From Eubacteriales bacterium (lineage in GTDB: Bacteria; Bacillota; Clostridia; Oscillospirales; CAG-272): 60,746 bases of DNA. Position numbers and translations under genes: made by a program. Positions within the stretch are counted from its first letter, which is position 1. Each line of letters opens with the position of its first letter. Shown one piece after another: positions 27,336 through 36,578 of this stretch. Under the pieces are notes generated by a model. The model saw only the letters and a program-made list of their open reading frames with translations, was not told the origin of the DNA and did not search any database. The stretch is taken from NCBI GenBank assembly GCA_045658525.1, contig JAZOVD010000041.1:1-60746 (forward strand), in the 5' to 3' direction.

Positions 27336-28561
27336 TTTGTTTCGTCCTTTCGGGGTAGCGTTACCGCTGTTTTGGGGGCTTGTGGAAAGCCTATGAGCTT
27401 TTTAAGCGTAGGCTCAACGCCGAGGAGCGCGCACGCCTCATCATATTCCTTAATAAGCGTGTCTGCGGTCTTATAACCCGCGCGGGTGCGTTTTATGGCG
27501 CGTATGAGCAGGTTTTTCGGTGTTTCCTCGGGATCGATAAGCTCGCAGACGGTTACTTTATAACCGTGTATTTCAAGCATTTTCGCGCGGAGCGCGTCTG
27601 TCGCCGCGGCGGCGAGCTTCTGCTTTATCATTGAATGCTCGGTCATAAATCCGAGCGCGGGGCTGTTCATTTCGCGGTTGAACTCGTGCTGACAGCAGGG
27701 AGTCGAAAGAATGACGCGCGCCTTTTGTCTTACCGCACCCGCAAGAACGTAATCGGTCGCGACGTCGCACGCGTGGAGTGAAAGCACCAGATCGGGGGGC
27801 GACGGCGGAGTAAATTTACTGACGTCACCGCACTCGAAGTGCATACCGTTCCAGCCGAGCTTTTCGGCAATGGAAGCGCAGTATTCTATTACGTCGGGTT
27901 TGAGATCTATCCCGTACATCGTTGTTTGGCGTTTGAGCACCTCGGTGAAGTACCAATATGCGGCGAACGTAAGGTAGCTTTTTCCGCAACAGAGGTCGCA
28001 TACAGTGAGCGCGCCTTTTTGGGGAAGCTCAGAGGCTACCGTTTCTATCTGTTCGAGAAATTTATTTATTTGGCGGTATTTTGCCTGCTTTTTATCGTGT
28101 ATTGTGCCGTTTTTGGAGCATATACCGAGCTTTTCAAGAAAACCTCCGTCGTTTTCGGGGGTCAGAATGTAGTTTTTTACCTTGTCCTGCTGAGACGGGA
28201 TCGTTTCTGTGGGCATAGCTCCGACAAGTGTTCCCGAAAAATGCGCCTTACCCTTTGACGATACCATTATTACCGCGCTTTTTCCGTTTGCGATAAGATC
28301 GGTCTGCATAAAATCGCTTCCCGTTTTTTCGCATATAAAAGCCACAGCGTCCTTGTAAGGAAGTACCGTTTGCAGAGCTTTTCCGTCCTTTTTAAACGTT
28401 TCAAGCTTCAAAAACAGCTCCCCGTCCTTTGAAAACGCGGTCGCTACGGTCTTTATCACGCTTTTGTCCTTTGGCTTTGAAAGAACGGCTTTTTTAAGCG
28501 CGCCTGATATAAGTGAATCCGTCAGTTCTTTTTCGAGGCGTGACGCTATACTTGCTTCCAA
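27332..28561 (-). CDS. Class I SAM-dependent methyltransferase (about 400 aa, Methyltransf_32-like)
   Basis: Motif I VCDLCCGKSYLT, plus LHACDVATD. TTG start with an AAAGGAG RBS 10 nt upstream. Confidence 0.7.
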   Translation of the reverse strand: MEASIASRLEKELTDSLISGALKKAVLSKPKDKSVIKTVATAFSKDGELFLKLETFKKDGKALQTVLPYKDAVAFICEKTGSDFMQTDLIANGKSAVIMVSSKGKAHFSGTLVGAMPTETIPSQQDKVKNYILTPENDGGFLEKLGICSKNGTIHDKKQAKYRQINKFLEQIETVASELPQKGALTVCDLCCGKSYLTFAAYWYFTEVLKRQTTMYGIDLKPDVIEYCASIAEKLGWNGMHFECGDVSKFTPPSPPDLVLSLHACDVATDYVLAGAVRQKARVILSTPCCQHEFNREMNSPALGFMTEHSMIKQKLAAAATDALRAKMLEIHGYKVTVCELIDPEETPKNLLIRAIKRTRAGYKTADTLIKEYDEACALLGVEPTLKKLIGFPQAPKTAVTLPRKDETK

Positions 28562-28602
28562 TTGCTCGGTACTCCTTTCATTATATTTCGCTGTCTCTTG
28601 TT

Positions 28603-28631
28603 ATTATATAACGATTTTCGGTATATGTCAA
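28603..28631 (-). promoter_or_regulatory. Perfect-consensus sigma-A promoter of the methyltransferase-to-DUF975 operon
   Basis: The minus strand reads TTGACA (28631-28626), a 17-nt spacer, then TATAAT (28608-28603), about 40 nt upstream of the TTG start. Confidence 0.7.
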
Positions 28632-28710
28632 GGCATTAAACGTAAAAAACGCGGCACAGTAGCGTTTGAAGCCACCGCGCCGCGCGCACTGAGGACAGAT
28701 ACCGCAGATA

Positions 28711-28827
28711 TTAGTCGCAACCGCATCCGTTTCCACAGCCACAACCGTTGCAGCTGAGGAGAATAAGAGCGATTATTATTATCCAAAGGCACTTGTTATC
28801 CTCGAAGAAATTGCAAAAGCATCCCAT
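28711..28827 (-). CDS. 38-aa cysteine-rich small membrane peptide
   Basis: MGCFCNFFEDNKCLWIIIIALILLSCNGCGCGNGCGCD. RBS GGAAGGAGGA. A GC-rich stem plus TTTTTT follows at 28644-28690. It falls below the ORF-track size cut-off. Confidence 0.6.
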   Translation of the reverse strand: MGCFCNFFEDNKCLWIIIIALILLSCNGCGCGNGCGCD

Positions 28828-29040
28828 TTTCGGACATCCTCCTTCCTTTATCGGAGCGATATATCGGATACCCTTCCGCTTTCGCTCCTCTGATATTATA
28901 GTATGCCGTATGCTCGGATTTGGTGTTGAGTTTTGGAGCTGCGGATTTTTATAAGAGCGGCTTTTGGCGCGAAGCGGTGCTTCTTGTTAAAATATCTAAA
29001 AATATCCACTATATTTTTTGAAAGTTTTATCCGTCGGGGA

Positions 29041-29069
29041 TTGACATACGGGCAGATTTCGTTTATACT
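29041..29069 (+). promoter_or_regulatory. Sigma-A promoter of typA
   Basis: TTGACA (29041-29046), a 17-nt spacer, then TATACT (29064-29069). Confidence 0.6.
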
Positions 29070-29144
29070 AAAATATAGTAGATTTAAAGGATATTTTGAA
29101 GAGTAAGCTTGCAAAAGGTTGAAAAGGAAGGATCGATATTAAGT

Positions 29145-30974
29145 ATGGTAAGACAGGATTTAAGAAATATCGCTATAATAGCGCACGTTGACCACGGAAA
29201 GACTACGCTGGTCGATGAGATGCTCAAACAGGGTGGCGCGTACAGAGAAAATCAGGAGACCTCCGAACGCGTTATGGACAGCGGTGACATAGAAAAAGAA
29301 AGAGGTATAACCATACTCGCAAAGAACACCTCGATCCATTACAAGGATGTTAAGATAAATATTATAGACACCCCCGGACACGCGGATTTCGGCGGAGAGG
29401 TAGAACGCATACTCAAAATGGTAAGCGGTGTACTGCTTTTGGTCGATGCGGCTGAGGGCCCTATGCCTCAGACGAGATTCGTTCTTGAAAGAGCGCTTGA
29501 ACTCGGTCACAGAGTAATCGTTGTCATCAACAAGATAGACCGTCCCGACGCGCGTCTTTCCGAGGTTCAGGACGAGGTCCTCGAACTTCTTATGGAGCTT
29601 AACGCTACCGACGAGCAGCTCGACAGTCCTATGGTGTTCTGTTCGGGCAGAGCGGGAACGGCGTCCCTTTCTCAGGACGTTCAGGGGACCGACCTTATAC
29701 CGCTTTTCGACAAGATACTTGAATATATCCCCGCTCCCGAGGGAGAGCCTGACGAGCCGCTTCAGCTTCTCGTTTCCTCTATTGACTACAACGAGTTCGT
29801 CGGAAGAATAGGTATAGGTAAGATAGAGCGCGGACGTATGCGTCAGAATCAGGAGGTAGTTATAACTAACTTCCATAATCCCGATCAGCCGCCCGTTAAA
29901 ACGAGAATAGTTTCGATGTATCAGTTCGAGGCGCTTCGCCGCGAGCCTTGTGAATACGCCGAAACGGGTGATATAGTTTGCTTTTCCGGTGCTGAGGACA
30001 TCACGATAGGTGATACGATATGCGGCACCGCTTGTCCCGAGCCGCTTCCTTTCGTTAAGATAAGCGAGCCTGTTATGGAAATGACGTTTTCCGTAAACGA
30101 CGGTCCGTTTGCGGGTCGTGAGGGCAAGCTCGTTACGTCAAGACAGATACGCTCGCGTCTTTACAGAGAGACGCTTAAAGACGTTTCGCTCCGTGTACGT
30201 GACGGCGAGAGCGCGGACAGCTTCCTTGTTGCGGGACGCGGAGAGATGCATCTTTCAATACTTCTTGAAAATATGCGCCGCGAGGGCTACGAGCTTCTCG
30301 TAAGCGCGCCGAGAGTTCTCTATAAGACCGATGAAAACGGTGCCAAGACCGAACCCGCAGAGCGTGTAACGATAGACGTTCCCGAGGATTATATGGGTTC
30401 AGTTATGGAAAAGCTCGGCTCGCGTAAGGGTACGCTTATAGATATGGGAATGCACGGTTCCAGAATGAGAATAGAGTACGTAGTTCCCGCGAGATGTCTT
30501 TTTGGTTACAGAAGTGAGTTCTTGACCGATACAAGAGGAGAGGGAATACTCAACAGTGTTTTTGAGGGATATATTCCTTATCAGGGAGAGATCGCGACCA
30601 GATTTACAGGCTCGCTCGTAGCGTTCAGCGAGGGCGAAGCGACCTCGTATGCGCTTTACAGGGCGCAGGACAGAGGAGATCTGTTTATTGGAGTCGGTGC
30701 TAAGGTCTATGAGGGAATGGTCATCGGAGAGAACCCCAAGCCCGGTAATATAGAGCTTAACGTCTGTGAGCAGAAGCATCTGACCGCTATACGTTCATCG
30801 GGTGCTGATGAAAAGCTTATTCTTACTCCTCCGCGCGACATAAGTCTTGAAAGAGCCATAGAATTTATCGCAAGCGACGAGTTGGTTGAGGTAACTCCTT
30901 TGAATATCCGTCTGCGCAAGCGTATTCTCGATACTCAGCTCAGAAAGAAAGCGGAAGCGAAGCTCAGAAAGTAA
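29145..30974 (+). CDS. typA: Translational GTPase TypA/BipA
   Basis: [33 protein letters not shown] and NKIDR. About 609 aa, starting at MVRQDLRN. Confidence 0.93.
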   Translation: MVRQDLRNIAIIAHVDHGKTTLVDEMLKQGGAYRENQETSERVMDSGDIEKERGITILAKNTSIHYKDVKINIIDTPGHADFGGEVERILKMVSGVLLLVDAAEGPMPQTRFVLERALELGHRVIVVINKIDRPDARLSEVQDEVLELLMELNATDEQLDSPMVFCSGRAGTASLSQDVQGTDLIPLFDKILEYIPAPEGEPDEPLQLLVSSIDYNEFVGRIGIGKIERGRMRQNQEVVITNFHNPDQPPVKTRIVSMYQFEALRREPCEYAETGDIVCFSGAEDITIGDTICGTACPEPLPFVKISEPVMEMTFSVNDGPFAGREGKLVTSRQIRSRLYRETLKDVSLRVRDGESADSFLVAGRGEMHLSILLENMRREGYELLVSAPRVLYKTDENGAKTEPAERVTIDVPEDYMGSVMEKLGSRKGTLIDMGMHGSRMRIEYVVPARCLFGYRSEFLTDTRGEGILNSVFEGYIPYQGEIATRFTGSLVAFSEGEATSYALYRAQDRGDLFIGVGAKVYEGMVIGENPKPGNIELNVCEQKHLTAIRSSGADEKLILTPPRDISLERAIEFIASDELVEVTPLNIRLRKRILDTQLRKKAEAKLRK

Positions 30975-30996
30975 ATCCTTTGGGAAAGCAAAGGTA

Positions 30997-31025
30997 TTGA
31001 CAATATTCGACGTATATATTATACT
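30997..31025 (+). promoter_or_regulatory. Sigma-A promoter of the split transketolase genes
   Basis: TTGACA (30997-31002), a 17-nt spacer, then TATACT (31020-31025). Confidence 0.6.
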
Positions 31026-31098
31026 AAGTGTAGATGTATAGACCCACAACGAAAAAATATATAAAAATATAAACCGCAATTTGAAAGGGCAAGACGCA

Positions 31099-31938
31099 AT
31101 GTTAACATCACGCAAAAAAGAACTTCAAAAGATCGCTACCAACGTCCGTCTCGGCATAATAGAGGAGGTATATAACGCGGCTTCCGGTCACCCCGGTGGA
31201 TCGCTCTCCATAGCTGACGTGCTTACATACCTCTATTTCGAGGAGATGAACGTTGACGTAAACGCCCCGAAGGCTGAGAACAGAGACAGATTCGTTCTGT
31301 CGAAGGGTCATACCTCTCCCGCGCTTTACGCTACGCTCGCGGAAAAAGGATTTTTCCCGAAGGAGGATCTCAAAACCTTCCGTAAGCTCGGAAGTTATCT
31401 CCAAGGTCACCCCGATATGAAGGGCGTTCCGGGAGTTGATATGTCCTCGGGATCGCTCGGTCTCGGTATTTCCGCCGCCTGCGGAATGGCGCTTTCGGGT
31501 AAATATAACAAGAAGGATTACCGTGTTTATACCGTTATAGGAGACGGAGAGAGCGAGGAGGGTCAGGTCTGGGAGGCGGCTATGTTCGCCGCTCACTACA
31601 AGCTCGACAATCTTTGCGCTATCCTCGACTTCAACGGCTTGCAGATAGACGGCCCCGTTGCGGACGTTATAGGTCCTGCTCCGTTCGATACGAAGTTTGA
31701 GGCGTTTGGCTGGAACGTTATAAAGGCTGACGCTCACGATTTTGACTCGATAGAGGAGGCGTTTGCTAAGGCAAAGGCTTGCAAGGGCAAGCCCTCGGTC
31801 ATAATAGCCAATTCCGTTAAGGGTAAGGGAGTTTCCTATATGGAAAACAAGTGCGAGTGGCACGGCTCTGCGCCCAAAACAGAGCAGTACGAGATAGCTG
31901 TGGCAGATCTCAAAGCCATACTTGCATCAATAGATTAA
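31099..31938 (+). CDS. Transketolase, N-terminal (TPP-binding) subunit
   Basis: Motifs SGHPGGSLSIADVL, GDGESEEGQVWEA and FNGLQIDG. Confidence 0.9.
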   Translation: MLTSRKKELQKIATNVRLGIIEEVYNAASGHPGGSLSIADVLTYLYFEEMNVDVNAPKAENRDRFVLSKGHTSPALYATLAEKGFFPKEDLKTFRKLGSYLQGHPDMKGVPGVDMSSGSLGLGISAACGMALSGKYNKKDYRVYTVIGDGESEEGQVWEAAMFAAHYKLDNLCAILDFNGLQIDGPVADVIGPAPFDTKFEAFGWNVIKADAHDFDSIEEAFAKAKACKGKPSVIIANSVKGKGVSYMENKCEWHGSAPKTEQYEIAVADLKAILASID

Positions 31939-31954
31939 AGAATCAGCGGAGAAT

Positions 31955-32890
31955 ATGAATATGTCAGAGAAGATAGCAACAAGAGACGCATACGGCAAGG
32001 CACTTGCCGAGTTTGGTGAAAAATATGATTTCGTGGTGCTTGACGCAGACCTTGCGGCGGCTACCAAGACCTGTAACTTTAAAAAGGTGTTCCCCGATCG
32101 CTTTTTCGATTGCGGTATAGCGGAGGGAAATATGATGAGCGTTGCGGCAGGTATAGCCGCTACGGGACAGCTCGTTTTTGCCAGTAGCTTCGCGATGTTC
32201 GCGGCAGGCAGAGCATTCGAGCAGGTCAGAAACTCGATAGGTTATCCTCATCTTAACGTCAAGATAGGCGCAACTCACGCGGGAATAACCGTCGGAGAGG
32301 ACGGTGCGACCCACCAGTGCAACGAGGACCTTGCGCTTATGCGTACGATCCCCGGTATGACCGTTATCTGCCCCGCGGACGCGGTTTCCGCGAGAGCGGC
32401 TGTTGAGGCGGCTATACTCCACGAGGGTCCTATGTATATGCGCTTTGGACGCGCGCCGATGCCTGTTATATACGATCCCGATACATATAAGTTTGAAATA
32501 GGCAAGGGCAGGGTTCTTGCGGACGGTAAGGATATTACTCTCGTGGCTACCGGAATAACCGTTTCTATGGCTCTTGAAGCAAGAGAGATGCTCAAAAACG
32601 ACGGTGTAGATGCGGCGGTTATAGATATATCTACCATAAAGCCCATAGATACCGAGCTTCTTTGCGAGTACGCACGTAAGACCGGTAAGATAGTTACCTC
32701 AGAGGAGCACAGTATAATAGGCGGACTTGGCGGAGCGGTCTGCGAGGCACTCGCTGAAAATTGCCCCGTTCCCGTCAAACGCGTCGGAATACGTGATACG
32801 TTTGGTTCGTCCGGTAAAGCTCTCGAGGTCGCCGAGGCTTACGGAATATGCGCGCAGAACATTTACGAGACGGCTAAAAGCTTAATATGA
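31955..32890 (+). CDS. Transketolase, C-terminal (pyrimidine-binding) subunit
   Basis: Motifs DADLAAATKT, GIAEGNMMSVAAG and THAGITVGEDGATHQ. Confidence 0.9.
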   Translation: MNMSEKIATRDAYGKALAEFGEKYDFVVLDADLAAATKTCNFKKVFPDRFFDCGIAEGNMMSVAAGIAATGQLVFASSFAMFAAGRAFEQVRNSIGYPHLNVKIGATHAGITVGEDGATHQCNEDLALMRTIPGMTVICPADAVSARAAVEAAILHEGPMYMRFGRAPMPVIYDPDTYKFEIGKGRVLADGKDITLVATGITVSMALEAREMLKNDGVDAAVIDISTIKPIDTELLCEYARKTGKIVTSEEHSIIGGLGGAVCEALAENCPVPVKRVGIRDTFGSSGKALEVAEAYGICAQNIYETAKSLI

Positions 32891-32912
32891 TCTTAGATTG
32901 GAGTAAATTACT

Positions 32913-33269
32913 ATGAAAACATTAGGAAACCTTATATGGCTTTTACTTGGAGGGCTTATTACGGGTATGATAATGGCGGTCGTTGGACTCGTTCTTTGCC
33001 TGACTATCGTTGGAATACCTTTCGGTAAGCAGTGCTTCAAGATAGGTAACCTCGACCTTTCGCCCTTTGGCAAGACCGTTTATACCGATTTCGGAAGCCA
33101 CCCGATAGCTAACGTTATCTGGATGATCTTTGCGGGTATCTGGCTCGGAATGCTTCACCTGTATATGGCTATTCTGTACTGTGTTACTATAATAGGAATA
33201 CCGTTCGGCAAGCAGCACTTCAAGCTCGCGAAGCTTGCGCTTCACCCGTTCGGCGCGACGATCTATTGA
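32913..33269 (+). CDS. YccF-domain inner membrane protein
   Basis: Duplicated motif TI(V/I)GIPFGKQ(C/H)FK(I/L), typical of YccF/DUF307. Confidence 0.85.
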   Translation: MKTLGNLIWLLLGGLITGMIMAVVGLVLCLTIVGIPFGKQCFKIGNLDLSPFGKTVYTDFGSHPIANVIWMIFAGIWLGMLHLYMAILYCVTIIGIPFGKQHFKLAKLALHPFGATIY

Positions 33270-33281
33270 TAGGAAAAAGCA

Positions 33282-33836
33282 ATGGTAGATCTTATAGCTC
33301 TTGAAAAGGCTTTTTTATCTGCTCATATAAAGGTCGGCGGCGTTGGCGCCGACTTTACTATGGGTAACGGTCACGATACCGCGTTCCTGTCAAAGGCGGT
33401 CGGTGAAAACGGCAGGGTATATGCCTTTGATATACAGGAAAAGGCGCTCGAAAGCACCCGTAAAACGTTATCTGAGGAAAATTGTCCCGATAACTGTACT
33501 CTTATATGTGATTCCCATTCAAATCTGCTTCAATATATAAAAGAGCCTATATGCGTGGGAGTTTTCAATCTCGGTTATCTTCCGGGCGGAAATAACAAGG
33601 CTCTTACCACTATGCGTGCGACTACCAGAAAGGCGGTAGAGGACGCTATATCAATCCTCGATAATGACGGTATAGTCCTTATAGCGGTCTATCCGGGTCA
33701 CGAGGAGGGCAGACTTGAAGGCGAGATGCTTGACGAGTTTCTTCGCGGATATGACAGAAAAAAGATCTGCGTTTCAAGATTTCAGATAGTTAATTCTCCC
33801 ACGTCTCCGTTCTTTTTTGCCGTTGAAAGTAAATAA
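33282..33836 (+). CDS. YtqB/MnmM-like class I SAM-dependent methyltransferase
   Basis: ADFTMGNGHDTAFLSKAVGENGRVYAFDIQEKAL and FNLGYLPGG. Confidence 0.75.
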   Translation: MVDLIALEKAFLSAHIKVGGVGADFTMGNGHDTAFLSKAVGENGRVYAFDIQEKALESTRKTLSEENCPDNCTLICDSHSNLLQYIKEPICVGVFNLGYLPGGNNKALTTMRATTRKAVEDAISILDNDGIVLIAVYPGHEEGRLEGEMLDEFLRGYDRKKICVSRFQIVNSPTSPFFFAVESK

Positions 33837-33873
33837 AAACGACTGAGCCAAGATCTGGCTCAGTCATTTTTGT

Positions 33874-34731
33874 TTAATTCAATTTTATTCCTCTGCCGCG
33901 GCCGAGCTTACCGCCATTTCTTATATGCGCGATATAAGCTCTACGTATAAAGCTGTCTGTGGGTAATTTATCAAGGTCTTTTTCTTCCGTATCAAACAGC
34001 CTCCAAAGGTCAACGCCATCGTTTTCCGATGACTCGAATATGTCGTATTCCGACATAAAGCGGTAAACGTTCGATTTTGGGGAAAGGATCTGAAGGTTTC
34101 CGGGGTAGAGAAGCCAAGAGTTGCAAACGAAATACGGATTTTCCACCTCGTTTTTGAATAACTCCCTTGCGCGTGCGTATGAGGCGTCACAGCTTGCTTT
34201 GTCGAGAGGGGTCTCGGTTCTCGGGATGTGGACGTTTATTACTTTCGTGTCGGGTGATAAAGTTATGCCGTTTCCGTTATAATCACAGCCGAGCTTTATT
34301 ACCTCAAACTGCAATCTACCGAGGGCGAAGCGCGTAAGATTAAAGAATCCAACAAACCACGAAGCGACAAAAGAGCCGCGTATGCCTTTTACGAGCTTAC
34401 ATTCAGTAAGCTTGTATTTTAAATCGAGCATGCTGTTGAAAAATATATCGTCACTTATTCCGCGCTCGGCGTAAAGCTCCTTCAAACGCCTTGAAAGACA
34501 GATAAACACGATCAGCTTTACCGTATATTCGTGAACACCGCAAGCTTTTGAGATCTCCTCGGAAAGCTCTAATATCTTCTTGTAATCCGTTTTTTGAGGA
34601 TCATTGTAGGCTTTTATGATAGTATCTAATGTAGATGAAGTTGCGATCCTGTCATATTCTGCAAGAAGAAATTCCGCGTCCTGCTTTTCGTAATCGAAAC
34701 GTTCAAAGAAATCAATAAGATAGCCTTTCAT
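33874..34731 (-). CDS. Conserved hypothetical protein, possibly an acyltransferase-like (DUF5596-type) protein
   Basis: Start set at MKGYLIDFFERFDYEK (ATG 34731), which avoids overlap with the upstream gene. The family call comes from weak recall only. Confidence 0.6.
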   Translation of the reverse strand: MKGYLIDFFERFDYEKQDAEFLLAEYDRIATSSTLDTIIKAYNDPQKTDYKKILELSEEISKACGVHEYTVKLIVFICLSRRLKELYAERGISDDIFFNSMLDLKYKLTECKLVKGIRGSFVASWFVGFFNLTRFALGRLQFEVIKLGCDYNGNGITLSPDTKVINVHIPRTETPLDKASCDASYARARELFKNEVENPYFVCNSWLLYPGNLQILSPKSNVYRFMSEYDIFESSENDGVDLWRLFDTEEKDLDKLPTDSFIRRAYIAHIRNGGKLGRGRGIKLN

Positions 34732-34804
34732 TTTTCGAAAAATCCTTTCTTGAATATAAAACGGGGTCTGCTCATACAGCTGACCCCGTTCGTCTGATCG
34801 GTTA

Positions 34805-35974
34805 TTATTTCTTTTTGGGATTGAAGTTGAAAACTTCCTTTTCGACGGGAGTTGCGCTGACTGGAAGTGCTTCCACATCATCGTCATCATCCTCGACTGC
34901 CGCACTCTGGGGTGCTACTACCTCGTCCTCATCGTCGTCATCGTCGTTTGCAGATGCCGCGCGGGTTACCGCGAGGAAGCCGCCTATCTTTATGTAACCT
35001 TTAAGATAAAGCGTATCGAAATCCTCGAAAGGAATAGCGCTGTTTGCGTTTGCTACGCTTACGTTGTACTCGGGAGCCTCGGTCTGTACGCCTTCAAGAA
35101 GCTGAGCTATAAGCTCCATTGCGTACTTCATCTTTCTGTTTCCGTTTATGCGGTAAGCGAACGGAACAGCCTTATATCTTGATACCTTGGAAACGTCCTC
35201 GCCTATGTACTTAGTTCCTTCCATAGTTTTAGGATCGATAGGGAAGTAAACAACGAGATTTTTTCCGCGTATCTTCATTTTAGCTATCTGCTTTTTGCCA
35301 ACGAAATAGCTGTCGTAGTTCCAGCTTACGTTGGATCTGACCTTAGCGTAAGCCAAAAGCATACGGCGCAGGGTCATATAACGGTATTTGACAACGTTAT
35401 CCGACTGGATAAGGCGTCCGAGGAAGCTCCATTTGTATCTGATGATCATTCCCTCGGGCGGTACGGGTATGCCTTTTTCATCGAAAGTATATGTACAACC
35501 TGTTTCGGGGTCAACGGCTTCTGTGGGAGCTACGGGGGCTTCCGTTACAGCTTCTTCGGTAGGCGCGACTTCCGCCGTCTCCGTGACCTCTTCGGCAACG
35601 CTTTCCTCTGCCGCTTCTTCTGTGACCTCAGCCTTAACCTCTTCGGCTGCCGCAGGGGTCTCGGCGACGACTTCCGCCGCGCTCTCGGACTTATCCTCTG
35701 CTACGGGAGCTTCGGTCTTCTCCTCGGACTCAGCGACCGACTCGGTCTCTGCGATAGAGGTACCCTTTTTCTTTTTGGGCTTGAATATAATAATAAGAAG
35801 GATTACTGCGACGACAATGACCGCGCCTCCTATGATCAGCTGCTCGGTGGTAAGTCCAAGCAGAGTAGAGGAGTCCTCAGAAGCAGCAAAGCTCGGTACT
35901 GCGAAAAGCACCGAAAGTACTGACATGAGGAGAGCTGAGATTGCCATAGAGAAAAAACGTCTTGTCTTTTTCAT
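34805..35974 (-). CDS. Membrane-anchored protein with an acidic low-complexity linker and a conserved C-terminal domain of unknown function
   Basis: Signal-like N-terminus ...VPSFAAS, a TM segment IIGGAVIVVAVILLIIIF followed by KPKKKKG, an E/A/T/V-rich stretch, a globular region of about 200 aa, and a poly-Asp tail. Confidence 0.7.
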   Translation of the reverse strand: MKKTRRFFSMAISALLMSVLSVLFAVPSFAASEDSSTLLGLTTEQLIIGGAVIVVAVILLIIIFKPKKKKGTSIAETESVAESEEKTEAPVAEDKSESAAEVVAETPAAAEEVKAEVTEEAAEESVAEEVTETAEVAPTEEAVTEAPVAPTEAVDPETGCTYTFDEKGIPVPPEGMIIRYKWSFLGRLIQSDNVVKYRYMTLRRMLLAYAKVRSNVSWNYDSYFVGKKQIAKMKIRGKNLVVYFPIDPKTMEGTKYIGEDVSKVSRYKAVPFAYRINGNRKMKYAMELIAQLLEGVQTEAPEYNVSVANANSAIPFEDFDTLYLKGYIKIGGFLAVTRAASANDDDDDEDEVVAPQSAAVEDDDDDVEALPVSATPVEKEVFNFNPKKK

Positions 35975-36114
35975 AATGGTGACCGTTCCTTTCCTTTATT
36001 CGGCAGAATCATTAATGCCGAACACTCACTTTTCGGTATGTAAAAACACCCTAAGTACATTATATCATCACAATTTACAAAATGCAAGAGTTTTTTTAAC
36101 AAAAATTATAATTT

Positions 36115-36168
36115 TTTTGAAAAAATAAAAAACTTCGGTCGAACGAGGCTCTGAAATGACCGAAGTTT
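36115..36168 (-). terminator. Rho-independent terminator of abrB
   Basis: On the minus strand, the stem ACTTCGGTC..GACCGAAGT is followed by TTTTTTATTTTTT. Confidence 0.75.
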
Positions 36169-36185
36169 TGAAAAAGGAGAAAAAA

Positions 36186-36428
36186 TTAGTCTTTTATGAG
36201 TTCTTTGATGCAATATTTGCAGACGCATTTGTCGTGGAACGTAACGGTATCGTTATCGGAACCGCAAAATACGCAGGAGGGTTCGTACTTTTTGAGAATG
36301 ACAGTGTCTCCCTCAACGAAAAACTGTATGTCATCAAGGCGTTCTACGCCCAGAGTCTTTCTAACCGGCTTGGGTATAACTATTCTTCCAAGACTGTCTA
36401 TTTTTTTGATAAAACCTGTTGATTTCAT
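36186..36428 (-). CDS. abrB: AbrB/SpoVT-family transition-state regulator
   Basis: MKSTGFIKKIDSLGRIVIPKPVRKTLGV... (SpoVT-AbrB swapped-hairpin N-domain) plus a Cys-rich C-terminus. Confidence 0.88.
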   Translation of the reverse strand: MKSTGFIKKIDSLGRIVIPKPVRKTLGVERLDDIQFFVEGDTVILKKYEPSCVFCGSDNDTVTFHDKCVCKYCIKELIKD

Positions 36429-36522
36429 AAGAGTAATACTTCCTTTCTCAATGTGTTGAAATTGCGATCTTGCTTGGCGAGAAAATCAGAATTATATCGG
36501 TTCTTGCCGAAGCACGTAGAAG

Positions 36523-36551
36523 ATTATACCATAAACTTATTTATAAATCAA
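36523..36551 (-). promoter_or_regulatory. Candidate abrB promoter
   Basis: The minus strand reads TTGATT (36551-36546), a 17-nt spacer, then TGGTATAAT (extended -10; hexamer at 36528-36523). Confidence 0.5.
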
Positions 36552-36578
36552 TGGCATTTGTTTGAATAAATGGTGTAT

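Noticed and set aside
33874-34905. 343-aa version of the ORF starting at 34905.
   Set aside because: The first 58 codons overlap the 3-prime end of the upstream gene (34805-35974) and encode a basic, non-conserved peptide. MKGYLIDFF at 34731 is the likely start.
35388-36128. 246-aa + strand ORF rich in Ser/Ala/Thr.
   Set aside because: It lies antisense to the acidic-linker membrane protein (34805-35974). It mirrors that gene's low complexity and has no RBS.
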